Positions 9,707 through 21,719 of a stretch of 64,000 nucleotides of DNA are shown in pieces. The first letter of the stretch is position 1. Each line of letters begins with the position of its first letter. The notes beneath the pieces were generated by a model. It had not been told where the DNA came from and did not search any database. It worked only from the letters and a program-made list of their open reading frames with translations. This DNA comes from Bigelowiella natans CCMP2755 (Eukaryota > Protista > Cercozoa), in contig ADNK01000461.1 of NCBI GenBank assembly GCA_000320545.1, positions 36,769 to 100,768 of the forward strand. The letters are read 5' to 3'. The translations under genes were made by a program, and so were the position numbers.

Positions 9707-12700
9707 TTACGATCCCACATTCTCAGCAGGTGGAAAATCAGGAGTGAGAGGTCCACAACCACTAAATGCAATCTCGATCCAATTTGCGTTCTTACACTCC
9801 CATGCATGCTTGATTCTGCTGCCAATCTCAGTAATATTCCTTTCATTCCATCCCAGTAAAATTTGGATGCCTAAATGTGAAATGAGCAAGAAGATTTCTT
9901 CTAATTATGCTGAGGTCATATCCTCATGGATCATCAGTCACATTGTAGAATCTCTTCATCATTTCAATGTATTTGAGTCGGTCGTAACAATTTTTTTTCT
10001 ATGTTACATTGATGAAGAACGGCGATACTGACATCATCCTTTGTTATTCGGTGAGGCACGTGGTGCATTTCTGCTCGGACTAGAAAATCATTGTGCGCAT
10101 GTCCTACAACCAAAATGAACACTAAAAATCGAATGAAGGCTAGACTAGCAAAATAACAGCTCTCTTCTTCACCTTCTTCTTTATTTCTTTTCAGTCAATA
10201 CCTGTAAAATGGTTTTGACGTGCTTCTGTAAACGGATCTAGCACGTACTGGTGCTCTAACGGGAAACTAAACAATATTAGCATAGAAGAAAATATAAATA
10301 CATCAACTTCTCACGGAAACACGTATTTACCTGCTTAAATCATTTGGAGCTTCATTTTGAAATCCTATATCCGGAACATGCACTCCAGCGTAAAATGCGT
10401 GATTAACCCATTTTGCTAGCGAAGCTGTGCCTTTAAAAGTGTGCATTATGTATCAGTTTTGATTAGTATATAATAATTATCAGGCCAGGTGTAGAAAATA
10501 TTGGCGTCGAATCAGCAATCACAAGGTATCAAACGAGGGTTATAACTCCATAAAAGTTAAGGTACTAATCTCTATTCCATGCGTTTAAATTATAAATCCC
10601 TAACACTGTACTATTCTACACACATACAACAATAACAAACATACTATTCTGCAAGTTCTAAGTACATATCTTTCAAAAATAATGATCTGCAATTTTACAA
10701 CATACGAATGTAATTGTCGCCCATATGCGATATGATACATCCAGATGCATTATAATAGACGCCTCTTTTGTGCACATTTTCATCGTTTATAGCTCCATAG
10801 CCATGATGAGGCATTGTCACACCCGACGGATACCTATTGAAAATTTTAAGGGACGTAAATAGTAGCATGGGCAAAAATTTAGCTTCTTCTTCCCCTTCTT
10901 CTTCTTCTTTACTAAATACTGTCTGTATAGCCACTGACTACATATAACTCCACCAGAACAAGACGTTACTATAATTTCCTTATGGAACGCATTGTCACTA
11001 GTTTATTATCCTTTATCCTACTTCCCAGTTTTACTACTTTGAAGAGTAATAGGTTCACTATTTCAGTTTTAAAAATTAATAATACTGACTCGCTGTGATC
11101 CAGCACTTGAAAAGGTGTGATTTTACAGTGTGTGCAACCGTCATCATTTTCGAAATTCTTTTCCATCAAAGATGCATTAAACCAGGAGTACTCCAGGAAT
11201 GAAAGAGTACGAGCATCAGAATATTTTTTCTGCGTCAAAACATCTCGCAAGTCACGAAAAGAACCCAGAGGTTGAAAGAACTCATCAGCCTGAGCATTTA
11301 GTACCTAAAAGAAATCATCAATTGAGACATGTTGGCGTGTTTGAATTTTAAATTTTTATCGTCATCAGATTATAAAAAGTATGCGTGTTGTTACTCAGAT
11401 TCCAGCAGTATGTTGTATCTGTAAGATTTTATTCAGGTAGATAGCTTCCATGCTGATAAATAATAGAGAAGACCCAGTGATAGTGCTCTTTTGCTCGCCA
11501 CATGCAATTATCGTAAGCGCTGAGGTGCGAAATCTCGATCTCAAATCCTCGAGGGTGATATGGCCATGGAATAAGGCTTACCTGGAGTATTATTATTTAG
11601 TAGTAGTAGTCAATAGTAGCAGTCGTAGTGGAACCAGTGGCTGCAGCAGTATAGACAAACACACATTCTCACACAAACATACAAACGCACAAATGCAATA
11701 TTGCTATTGCATTTATCGGGGTGACGATTGTAGTGGTGAAAATCAGCGACTATTGCAAGGAAAAATTGTACACCATAAATTACTTACTTGCTCATACTCA
11801 TTATTGACCGGGAAAATTTATCTATCATTTAAGTACCGCTTCAAGATCCACGACCCGTGATAATCCTGTCCAAATTGCCTCGTACTCGTCTACAAAGAGG
11901 AAACTGCCGTTGGATTCTTGGCTACGGCGAAGATTGTTCGTTCTTGGGATCATATACACAAACACCTAAATCGAAATTTGCATGATCAGGCGAAAACAAG
12001 GACAGACAATACAAGAAATTGGACAGTGAATGACCCTAGCAAAAGCATTTCATATGTGAATGAAGCTATATCAATATTACTGAGGAAATTAAAACCAAAG
12101 GTACGTCGATCATCACACTGATGCATAACTTCTAACATTCTCCCTTGCAACAAATGATTGTGATGATAATGATGATAATAATGATGACGATAAAGATTAG
12201 GATGATGTTGAAATCACCTGTTCTACACCAACAAGTAAATGATATGCTATCCAGGAGATAATGCGCTCTGTTTCAGAGTCATATTGCGGATTGACTACTG
12301 TACACATCGCAAGCTGTTTATGTTGTTTTCGCTGCTGATAACGATGGTTTTCTCCTCCTCTCATAGTTGATAGAATTATGTTATTGAATTTATCATCGTG
12401 ATACTCTACTGTTTCTAATTTCTTGCTTTTTCCAGAATCAGCAGCTATGCTTTCATTTTCACCATCGTCGATATTACTACTGTAGTGTTTATAGTGGTAG
12501 CCTGTGTTTTTCTTTCTCTTTTTCGTCTCTTCTCCTTCCACATTGCTGATCTTCCTATTCTCATCGTCATACTCTCTTATCCCAATCTCCTCCTCGTGGT
12601 GATCAGAAGAAACAGAAGAAGGGGACGAGTAGACGGGATACAATCGATGTGGACAGATGAGAATTGGGAAATATCGCTCCTTTTTTGCCCGAATTAGAGA

Positions 12701-12795
12701 TGCCACAATAGGCTCTCGAGCTTCAAATTAACAAACCAATAGACAAGAGAATACATAACAAAAATTCGTGTTGATGTATGTGTGTAGTATGTGTG

Positions 12796-12847
<52 letters not shown>

Positions 12848-12969
12848 AGAATGCTTCTATGTGTGTCATCGCTCATCGAGATTTCAATATCTCCCAGGAA
12901 TTGTAGTAGAGAATCAAGTACCCTACATAATCATCACCACCTGCTATCTTCATTTTTGCTATCATTTTC

Positions 12970-13012
<43 letters not shown>

Positions 13013-13028
13013 GTGGGTGTGTGCGAGA

Positions 13029-13077
<49 letters not shown>

Positions 13078-14773
13078 AAATGACAGCGAGAGAGTGAGGG
13101 ATGAGAGAGTCGTGTGGTCTGAGTGAGTGTGTAAATATTTAACTTATAAAATGATTAATTAATCTGACTATTCCTATGTACTTGTTAGAATCTTGCGTGT
13201 GCTGTTTTCAAGCCGGCAGATAACGAACACATTAAATTGACACATTCTGGATATTATGAAGGGGGGGGGGTTGAGATTTTATACCACGCATTCATGTTAT
13301 ATGTGCGTGTTCATGAGTGCCTGCAAGTGCCTTACTGTGCGTAGGGACTGTTTATGTTAGTATAAATATACTATTCACAAACACACGCGCATAAATATTC
13401 ATATTTATATATAATCTTATCTACCTATAGTTGTCATAATCCTTGGGCGGGGCTGTTTGATCATCGTACTGTTCATCAAATTCATTGTGAAGTTTTACGG
13501 GCTCACAACGCGTCCTCTGTATTAGTGAGGGGAAAGATGGCGATTTTTTGCCCTCCCCCTCAATCGGACTGCGAGAATTGGTATCATCGGCACTAACAGT
13601 ATTGCCATGACTACTACTGTCTGAATTGTCCATGCTGCCGTATATTTCAACCTTAAGTTACATATAGCGTAAAATGAAATCATCAGAATGAGAACCCTTG
13701 AAGAAGAAGAAGAAGAAGAAGAAGAAGAAGAAGAAATAGAAGAGGGAGTGGATGTGAAAATAATAATGCGGAGTACATGGATGCAAATGAGCTATTCTTC
13801 ACTCCACCCATAGCTATTGCTGCTGCTTACTACCCTCAACACCACCACCATTTTAATAATTCTATTTAGTAAAAATTGAACAAATAACCTGAAAGGCATA
13901 CGCCGTGTAGTTCATCCGAACGCAAATAGGCGTTCTATCCCTGACAAGATGCTCTTCTGGGCCCGCCATAGGTGTTAATTGGAAAATAATTGCATCCTGC
14001 CAACGACTTGCAAATGCATCCAGTAATACAGGTACCGGCCATTGTGTACGAGCGTGTTTCGGCCATAGGAATGAAGGTCTCGAGCTTTTATTCTGCCACG
14101 AACAGCAAGGTATGGCCTCATGCATCCAGGGAGACGGGTAACGTCCACCACAAGAGGTTATTCCAGGAGCCGAATCGAGTAGCCCTTTGAAGAGCGATAT
14201 ATTCGCTTTTGGTCTTACTGCGGAGAGTGATGATTCTTTTAGTCGAAAGGGTCCAATTTGCTCAACAATGATGTAGCTCCTGTCATCCACCCAACGCTTT
14301 CTTACATTTGCTGTATCGTTACTGCCCTCATGATTCTGATAATGATTTTTCGATCTCTTCTGATAAGTTTCTCCTTTGTCGCTGATCGGCCTGTCGCCAT
14401 CAAAACCATCACTACCGGGGCTGTTTGATAGATAGTTGTCTTCTTTCCCTTCAATTGCTATTGTGCTAGATTCTTCTTGGTCCTCCTGTTTCTCTTTTTC
14501 ACCAATAATCCTACGGTTTATACGATCGACATTAATCTTCTTCTGCCCCCCTTCCTCCCGTTTTCCTCTCTCGCCCAGCACCAGCTCCACGGATGCACTA
14601 TTTAATTCGTCTTCACGCGAAATTTTGGGATTCACTTGCTCAAAGTCCTCATACAATACTCTCTCTCGTCGAAGCTGAGATATGATAAAAACGCATCCAA
14701 CTAGGGTTGAAGCGACTAAAGCTATGCCCATAGATCGCACCAGCATTCGGTTGGGACACGAGCTAAGCAGCAT
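9707..14773 (-). CDS. Glycosyltransferase family 92 (DUF23)-like type II membrane protein, multi-exon
   Basis: ATG 14773, then TM MGIALVASTLVGCVFIISQL. Catalytic exons: LAMCTVVNPQYDSETERIISWIAYHLLVGVEQ|VFVY, VSLIPWPYHPRGFEIEISHLSAYDNCMWRAKEHYHW|VLNAQADEFFQP, MPHHGYG. 3' end uncertain (between ~9.7 kb and 10191). Confidence 0.8.
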
Positions 14774-14979
14774 TCGAAGTAATCATAGAGGTATTCTCTC
14801 TCCAGCCAATTTCAACTCTAGATGAAGAATTCGATAGAAAGGAACTCCAGAATTAAACGTGGAGATTCAATTGGGTATCGTCGCGCTCTATTCCAGTCAT
14901 CACATCGAAGATGAACGGCGATGAATTCATCATTTTTACACGATAACGTGATCCTCCATCCCGAGTATTACTACTATTC

Positions 14980-16112
14980 TTCAACTTGTTCTGGACGGCC
15001 GAGATTTGTTCCAGGATAATCCGGGATTTGAATATATAACCGGCATTTTCGACCTCTCCAAATCTCCAGAGAGTCTCCGCAGTGTCGTACCCCATCCCAC
15101 ACCCCCCTCAGCAAGAGCCTGGCTCCTTGACACATTTGGGTGGGTAAACTATTGACTTTATCGCAGCATTGTCCAAATTTTGATTTATATATACTATCTA
15201 TATTGTTCAGGTAGTGAAAGGGAGAGGGAAACGAGCGTGGGAGCTTATTATCCGAGATGTGGCATTTGTTGCATTCCTGCATCAATCTCCACATATTTCC
15301 ACATGGCTTAGTTCTTACAACCGCTATATTTCTGGTGAATAGCCTGTACTCGATGGTTCTTGAATGATCAATACTAATGGTTTTCCGCCCCTATCCTGTT
15401 TCGCCTTTTCTTTTATAATACTTCACAGACCTGTTCGACACAATCTTGCCACGGAACTACTTTAGTAGCGCATCTGGAAGATTCTAATGTGGAACTAGCA
15501 CACCGAACAGAGAACCAAAAGTTAATGACTCTTCGAGGAGGTGCACTTATACCAAATGAATTTTGGCAGCCATGGAAAGCATTCGACAGATTTGGCAATT
15601 TAAATGGAGATCAGCATATCAAACGGCGACGGCGAAAGTAATGAATTTGTATTCGCGACAAATCGTGATCATTGCACGCTTAAAACCTTTCAATATTTCT
15701 TGGAAGTATTTGTCAATTATCACCGCCGCCTCGTACTTTATAACTTTCGAATTTATCTTCTTCTTTGTTGTTCAGAACCAAAAAACTTCGGAAGAGGAAC
15801 TTGATTAGGCCTAGACGATATGCGAAGCATGTTTGGACAGAACCGATGATGACTCCCTTCGGCATAATAGATTCTCCAAATCCAAAGCTTTTGGAAAAGG
15901 TTGAGCTTATGTCGTCGTCATCCTCGTCGTTCGCTTGTTGGTTCTTGTTGCTGCTGCTTTGCACATTCATTAGAAATTGTTGACGTCATCTAGCCCCAAA
16001 ATATTAAGTTTATCATTCCTACCTTGATTTTCTGACTCAGCCACAAGCAAATTATTTCAAGTTCTATGACTACTATTGGGATGGATTACCTCCTGTGTAC
16101 TACAGGTGTTGC

Positions 16113-16153
<41 letters not shown>

Positions 16154-17605
16154 CGACTACTGCTACAACTACCGCTTCTTACTGCCACTCCTTCAGCCAC
16201 AATCATCATCAATTATTATATTTTCCTGCTTCAGCAAAAACATACCTAATGTATCGATATTAGGCCATTTTTTCGCTGCACTCGAAAAGGGGACCATATG
16301 CTGAGTACATTTACACCTAAGCCTCGGAGGAAAAGAAGATGGCGCCGAATACATATGTTTTGGAGACGGATTTGGGCAGGAATGTTTGATGATGCCCCGG
16401 GGGTGAGTGACTTAGTTGGAGAGGTTGCTGTTGTATGTGGAACCAACAATAAATATACAGAAGAAGCAGAGAAATTTCGGCAAATTTTGCCGTGTAAGCA
16501 ATGAGATTCCGTGGAAACTAATCCCAATGGTACTTTTTCTTATACTATTTTAGGACAGTGTCACCAAGGACATTGATGTTCCAGTATCCGGCATTGATCG
16601 AGCAGATAGATATGGACACCAAGTTAACTGGACAAAAATCTATGCCGATTGGCCTTTTCAAGTATCAGAAACTCTTTCAACAAGCAACAAGTTAACATCT
16701 GTAATTCTAACATTTATAATATTTCTTTCAGGAAGAGATTGAAGAAAATATGGAAAAAGAGCTAGATCAATACGTAATGCGCGATTTCCTTCGGATTGTA
16801 TGTTGTCGTAGCTGCCCGATTGAATTCCTGTTTCTTTTCTGTCTAGTACCGTATTATCTTTTTTGTTGGGATATATTTTAGAATAAGATCGCGTCCATTT
16901 TCACCATTTATTTTACCGTTTTATATTTTTGTTAGGAAGACTACATTGTTCGAAGTTTTTTCTGGAAATGTTTGAGCTGGGGGGTGTGGATCGGGACCAT
17001 CGTCATGTTCCACAAAGTATTTAGAAGTAGTAGTAGGAGGAGGAGAAAGAGGGGAAGGAGGAATTGCGGTGTTGCAGTAATATGTGGATCCATCACATTT
17101 TCGGTGGAGCTCGATTATATTTATTTGAATCAATCGATGGTGAACTAACTTATCGTTCTTTCCCCTTCGTTCATACGCACGATATCATCAGCGGCATCCA
17201 TATGTTTCAAACCTGAAAAAATGGAGACGAGCGACCATAGGGCATTTTCTAAGTAGAGAACAACAGGCATTAGCTTACAAGGATGGAATCATAGGAATTG
17301 AAGATCTTGACTTCCGAAAGTAAGTCAGCAGTAGTTGCATTCATAAGTATTAGAAACAGCAGCAGTAGACAGAGGAAGTAGTAGTAGTAGTAGTAGTAGT
17401 TGTTGTTGTTGTTTTATAGTAAGCAGCTGTTGTCAAAATAATATATTTGTACCGCAACAGTAGCTGTTATTTACATAGTTGAGCCCGAATCTTAGTAACA
17501 AAATTTATCTGTCATAGGGTCAAGAAAGATGATTTCTTCAACCCACGCTACGATGATATTCTTACACCTGAAGAACGTGCCGAAATGGCAGCTAGAGAAA
17601 GTTGA
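14980..17605 (+). CDS. Multi-exon hypothetical protein
   Basis: In-phase GT-AG exons, e.g. LQLVLDGRDLFQDNPGFEYITG, FWQPWKAFDRFGNLNGDQHIKRRRRK|TKKLRKRNLIRPRRYAK, RRIWAGMFDDAPGVSD, ALAYKDGIIGIEDLDFR, VKKDDFFNPRYDDILTPEERAEMAARES* (TGA 17603-17605). Start not resolved; no family recognised. Confidence 0.65.
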
Positions 17606-17729
17606 TAGCCAGATTTCTTCATTATGGTTGTAGAAGCGGGAGAAATAAGTAGGAGGTGCCAATGACGACACTAATTGCCGGGAACAACACGGTAAGCTTG
17701 CTACTGTTACCGTTATTAAGATGTTGAGC

Positions 17730-19700
17730 TCCATGCACACTAGCGCATGAAAACCATGCAAGTGTGTGATGTGACAGAAAGAATTATTCGAAAATTTACA
17801 CAAGGAGCGAGCACATGAAATCAGAAATCATCGCTTGTGATCACAGCGCCAACAACTTCATTGTCATCATCCAGTGATTGAATGGAGTGTGTTTCTAATG
17901 CGCTTTCACAAATGGTTGATTTTATGTCGCACCTGCGCAGCCTGCAGCCTGTAGCCCTGCATGCTGCATTGCTTCGATCTTGCATGGCGCAACAACGCTG
18001 CAACGATGACATGCATGTGCGAGCTCAGTGCACCAATTTTGGATTTTTGTCAATGCTAGAATGCACTGAACCCACTCGATGATGGGGTTGCCTAGTTGCG
18101 TGTGTGAACAACTGTGCGCCAGTGTGTGCTACGCTTGCGACGCTGTGACACGCACGGCTAGACGGAGCCGCCTGCATTGCACCATTGCACTGTGAATACG
18201 CTTCATCACAGGCTGCAATGTGCGCAGGTGCATGTTTCTAGTCGTGGCTCATGCACATCGATTGCTAGATCGCACTGGATCGTTCGATTCATCTTGTTCT
18301 AGTGTTGTTCGATCGAGCTGCCGCGTGGCAAATCATCACAGCTAGACAGCCGCCAATCTGCTAGTCTGGCCATCGCATCGACTTGCGCTAGTTCGATTGA
18401 CAATGCCAGAATGAGAGCCAGCGCGAGGCCCGGCGGCCGCGCTAGCGCGGTAGCGAGAATCACAAGCAGGAGAATTGTGGAGAGAGAGTTTAGCAACTGT
18501 GGTCGGTCGCGCTGCTCGCCAATTACAGCAACACTGCGTGCTAGCGTGCAGCCTGCATCACTTAGCGCGGTCACACACGCAGCGCCAGCACGAACAAGCA
18601 ATGTGCGCAGCGAGCAAACGTGCAAAACGCGCATGCTGGCACTCTGGCACTGATCAAGAGCACGCTCATTGTTTCAATTTCGATGCAAACCTTGTGATGC
18701 GAATAGCCCAATTTCGATGCTTGACGAATTCATTCACACGCAGGGAGCACAGCCACAGCAGAGCTGGAGGGCCCCAGCTGGCCAGGCTCGGATCAGTGTG
18801 TGCGTTGTGCAACAACATTGAGACACTCAGCGATCACGCTAGCACGCCTCTGTTCTTGAAGAAGACTGACTGGTGCACACCCACCAGGCACAGCCCTGTT
18901 TTTCAGAGCAGATCCGCCAAAACAATGGAGCCATGAAGGCCACACTTGTGCATGCGCGCACGAACGTGTGCAGTCACACACACACACACGTTTTTTCATC
19001 CCACCCTGTGTCCCACAAAGCACACATGTTGGCATGTGTCCTAGACAGGGTGCACGAATGGAGCTACAAAGGCCATGTCAAATCACCTGTTGTGCACTTG
19101 GTGCGCGATCAGCCAGCTGCTCGCTTCCAGACTTTGTTGTTCTAGTGTTGGCCAAGACCCTGCTTTGTGAGACTTCTCGTGCCATCAGATCAGAGCATCA
19201 TGGCATACTTCTTTCTTGTGTTCTTCTCAGAGCACAAACTCAGTTGAACCAATGAATGAAACATCAAAACATTGATTGCGATGAGGGGAGTGGTTCGAAT
19301 TTGAATTGATCTTGGTGAAGACCAGTGCTCCACGCGAGTCGAATCATTTGAAACAATGACGTCAATGGGTGGGCATTTCTGCACACAGATTGAAATGCAA
19401 TGATGAAACATCGCAGGCAATTTTGCTTCTCGTGCATTTAGAAGTAAATCTCAAAAAATACATTTTCAATTTTACGATTGTGCTGAAAAACTGCTGCTTC
19501 CTGGAAGTCTCAAACATATTGGGACATTTTTGTGACAACCACCTCAAAACCCTTACTCTAAAACAAAATGATTAACATTTTACAGATTTGTAGGCTGTTT
19601 CTTGTGAATCATGGCTCATCACCTTGACTCAACAACTAAATCCAATGCTTCTTTTTGATGCACACAACAAACAATTGTTCTGGAACAAAAGAAGATCTTT
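17730..19700. other. TpA-depleted island 2 (possibly an eroded minus-strand gene and/or element relic)
   Basis: Hand count: 24 TpA in 18001-19440, 14 in CTAG, 7 more with TAG on one strand, only 3 with no TAG. CpG abundant. Confidence 0.9.
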
Positions 19701-19773
19701 TCGTGACGAAAGGAAAGCTGTAGAGGAAACTGCACACAACAGAAACACTTGTCTCTGATTTGCTTTTGTGAAG

Positions 19774-21232
19774 ATGGCGAGCGCAGGTTGGCTTGACACG
19801 CATAAAAGATTGATGATTAGGCATTCACAAATACAAATGCTGATGTGCTAATGTGCTAATGTGTTGTGTCGTTGTGTCGTGAGTTTAGCATTGAGTTGTT
19901 CAAACTACGAACACGTTGTACCACAGCATTTCAGACATTAGACAGTTGACATGTTTGATGCGTCCTCAAAAAATGACGCAAAGATTATGTAGGAGGACAG
20001 CAACAGCAACCAAATGAACCAGCGTGCTGCACGAAATGTGTTGATGGTCTCCAAAACATGGATCCAAATGCGCTCACATACATCTTAAAAGTGGTCAACA
20101 TCATCAACGCAGCCCTCCTTGCATTTTCTGGAATATGGGTTTTCATCACCGTAAATCCGAATCTTCTTCTGGTTCTGGCAGCGCTATATGTGATGTAATG
20201 TGAACACAATGTATTCCACTTATTTTGACATGAAAACCTGAATTAGTGCAACTTTGTGCTTTCCATCTGAAACATTGAAACGTTGTGTTCCGGTCCTCCG
20301 TTGTTCCCAGTACATTTAGTTTCGTCCTCCTCATGTTCGAACTGAAGCTGGAGAGTTGCAACAGATGCTTTCTGAGAAATATGGGTTTCATGTTCAATTG
20401 GACTGGGAGGCTCCTATTTTTCATTTTGTACGATTTAAATATTTCAACATGTTCTACTTTCACATGTGAATCACGGCATGTGTTGTTAGCGTTGGAACTC
20501 TTGCCTTTGGTCTGGGCGTCGTCGGGATTGGTATGGAATTTGGGACATAGCACCATGATAAATTTAAATGTTCGTAAATTCTTAGTGGCAGTTTAGAAAA
20601 TATGTTGTGATTTGTGTTCTCTTTCGGCCTCACTTCGCACAATGTTTGGCATTCTCTCTGGTAGTCATCGGTGCTTTCACAATGATCAACGCAGCGATCA
20701 ATGTGGCCATTGTGTGCGTCCATCCAACATTCTTTGCAAATCTACGTGAGAAAGCTGAGGCAGAAGTCAGAGCTGCGGTGGCAAGTGAGGCGGTAGTACC
20801 TGTGAGCGTGAACATCCACAAGATTACAGCAACCACAAGATTACATTCCTGTGATCTCGTCACATTGAACTGTCAAACTTCACCCTTAAGTGCTAGTTTG
20901 GTTACAGAAACGCCAAGGGGTTCTCGATCAAGCAGAGCGAGGGTTGGATTATGCAGCAGCAGCTGGCGTCACAGGCGCACAGCAGACCAAAGAAGCTGTA
21001 GAATGGGCTCAAGAGCAGAAACAGACACCGGGTTCAGCAGCTCTCCCGGCTGGCTGGAGAGAAGTTCGAGATGAGCAATCAGGTACATTCATGAAAATTA
21101 CCACAAGAATAGCAACGCAAACATGAACTAAAATGATCGGCAACTTGCGATTTTTATTCATTATTTACGAGACTGTTAAAAAACTTTTTGCTAAATTGAG
21201 AATGTGACAAAAACAGACACCATTCCACGCAC

Positions 21233-21273
<41 letters not shown>

Positions 21274-21471
21274 AATGTCATTTTCGAATGTGTTTCCATG
21301 TGTTTCTTGTTTGTAAATGCGTGCTGAAGACCATGATATGACTCAGGAAGCCCAAAATTGAAATGTGTGTAATTGTAAGAATTGATTACATGTAAATGTA
21401 AATGTTGCATAGGAGAGGCTTATTGGATCAATTCTGCCACTGGTGAGCAGACCTGGGAACGTCCAACATGA
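19774..21471 (+). CDS. TVP15: COPI-associated / TVP15-like Golgi membrane protein with C-terminal WW domain
   Basis: Spliced TM exons: ILKVVNIINAALLAFSGIWVFI, FVLLMFELK...MGFMFNWTGRLLFFI, VGTLAFGLGVVGI|VIGAFTMINAAINVAIVCVHP. The last two exons join in phase to LPAGWREVRDEQSG|EAYWINSATGEQTWERPT* (WW). First exon (ATG 19774) is tentative. Confidence 0.8.
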
Positions 21472-21719
21472 GGAAGGCGCAATAATGTTCACAATGTACG
21501 AATCAACAGGCATCATTGACAAAGCGCAGCATGCACTATTGCGCTGGCGTTCGCATTTGTTACATGTCAGCGGGACATCACTAATTGTGCAGTTCGTATA
21601 TGCACGTAACAGTTGTGTGTGCAAGTAGAAAGAACTACATCATGACTAGATGACGAGCGCAGAGCGAAGTCATAATAGACTCAGCAATGTAACACACATG
21701 TCATGTGTGTGGTACATTG

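Noticed and set aside
15604-15804. ORF with RRLVLYNFRIYLLLCCSEP, resembling tubulin-tyrosine ligase
   Set aside because: Most of it is an intron (aa|gtaatg...ttgttcag|a) whose removal joins the flanking exons in frame. No other TTL motifs nearby.
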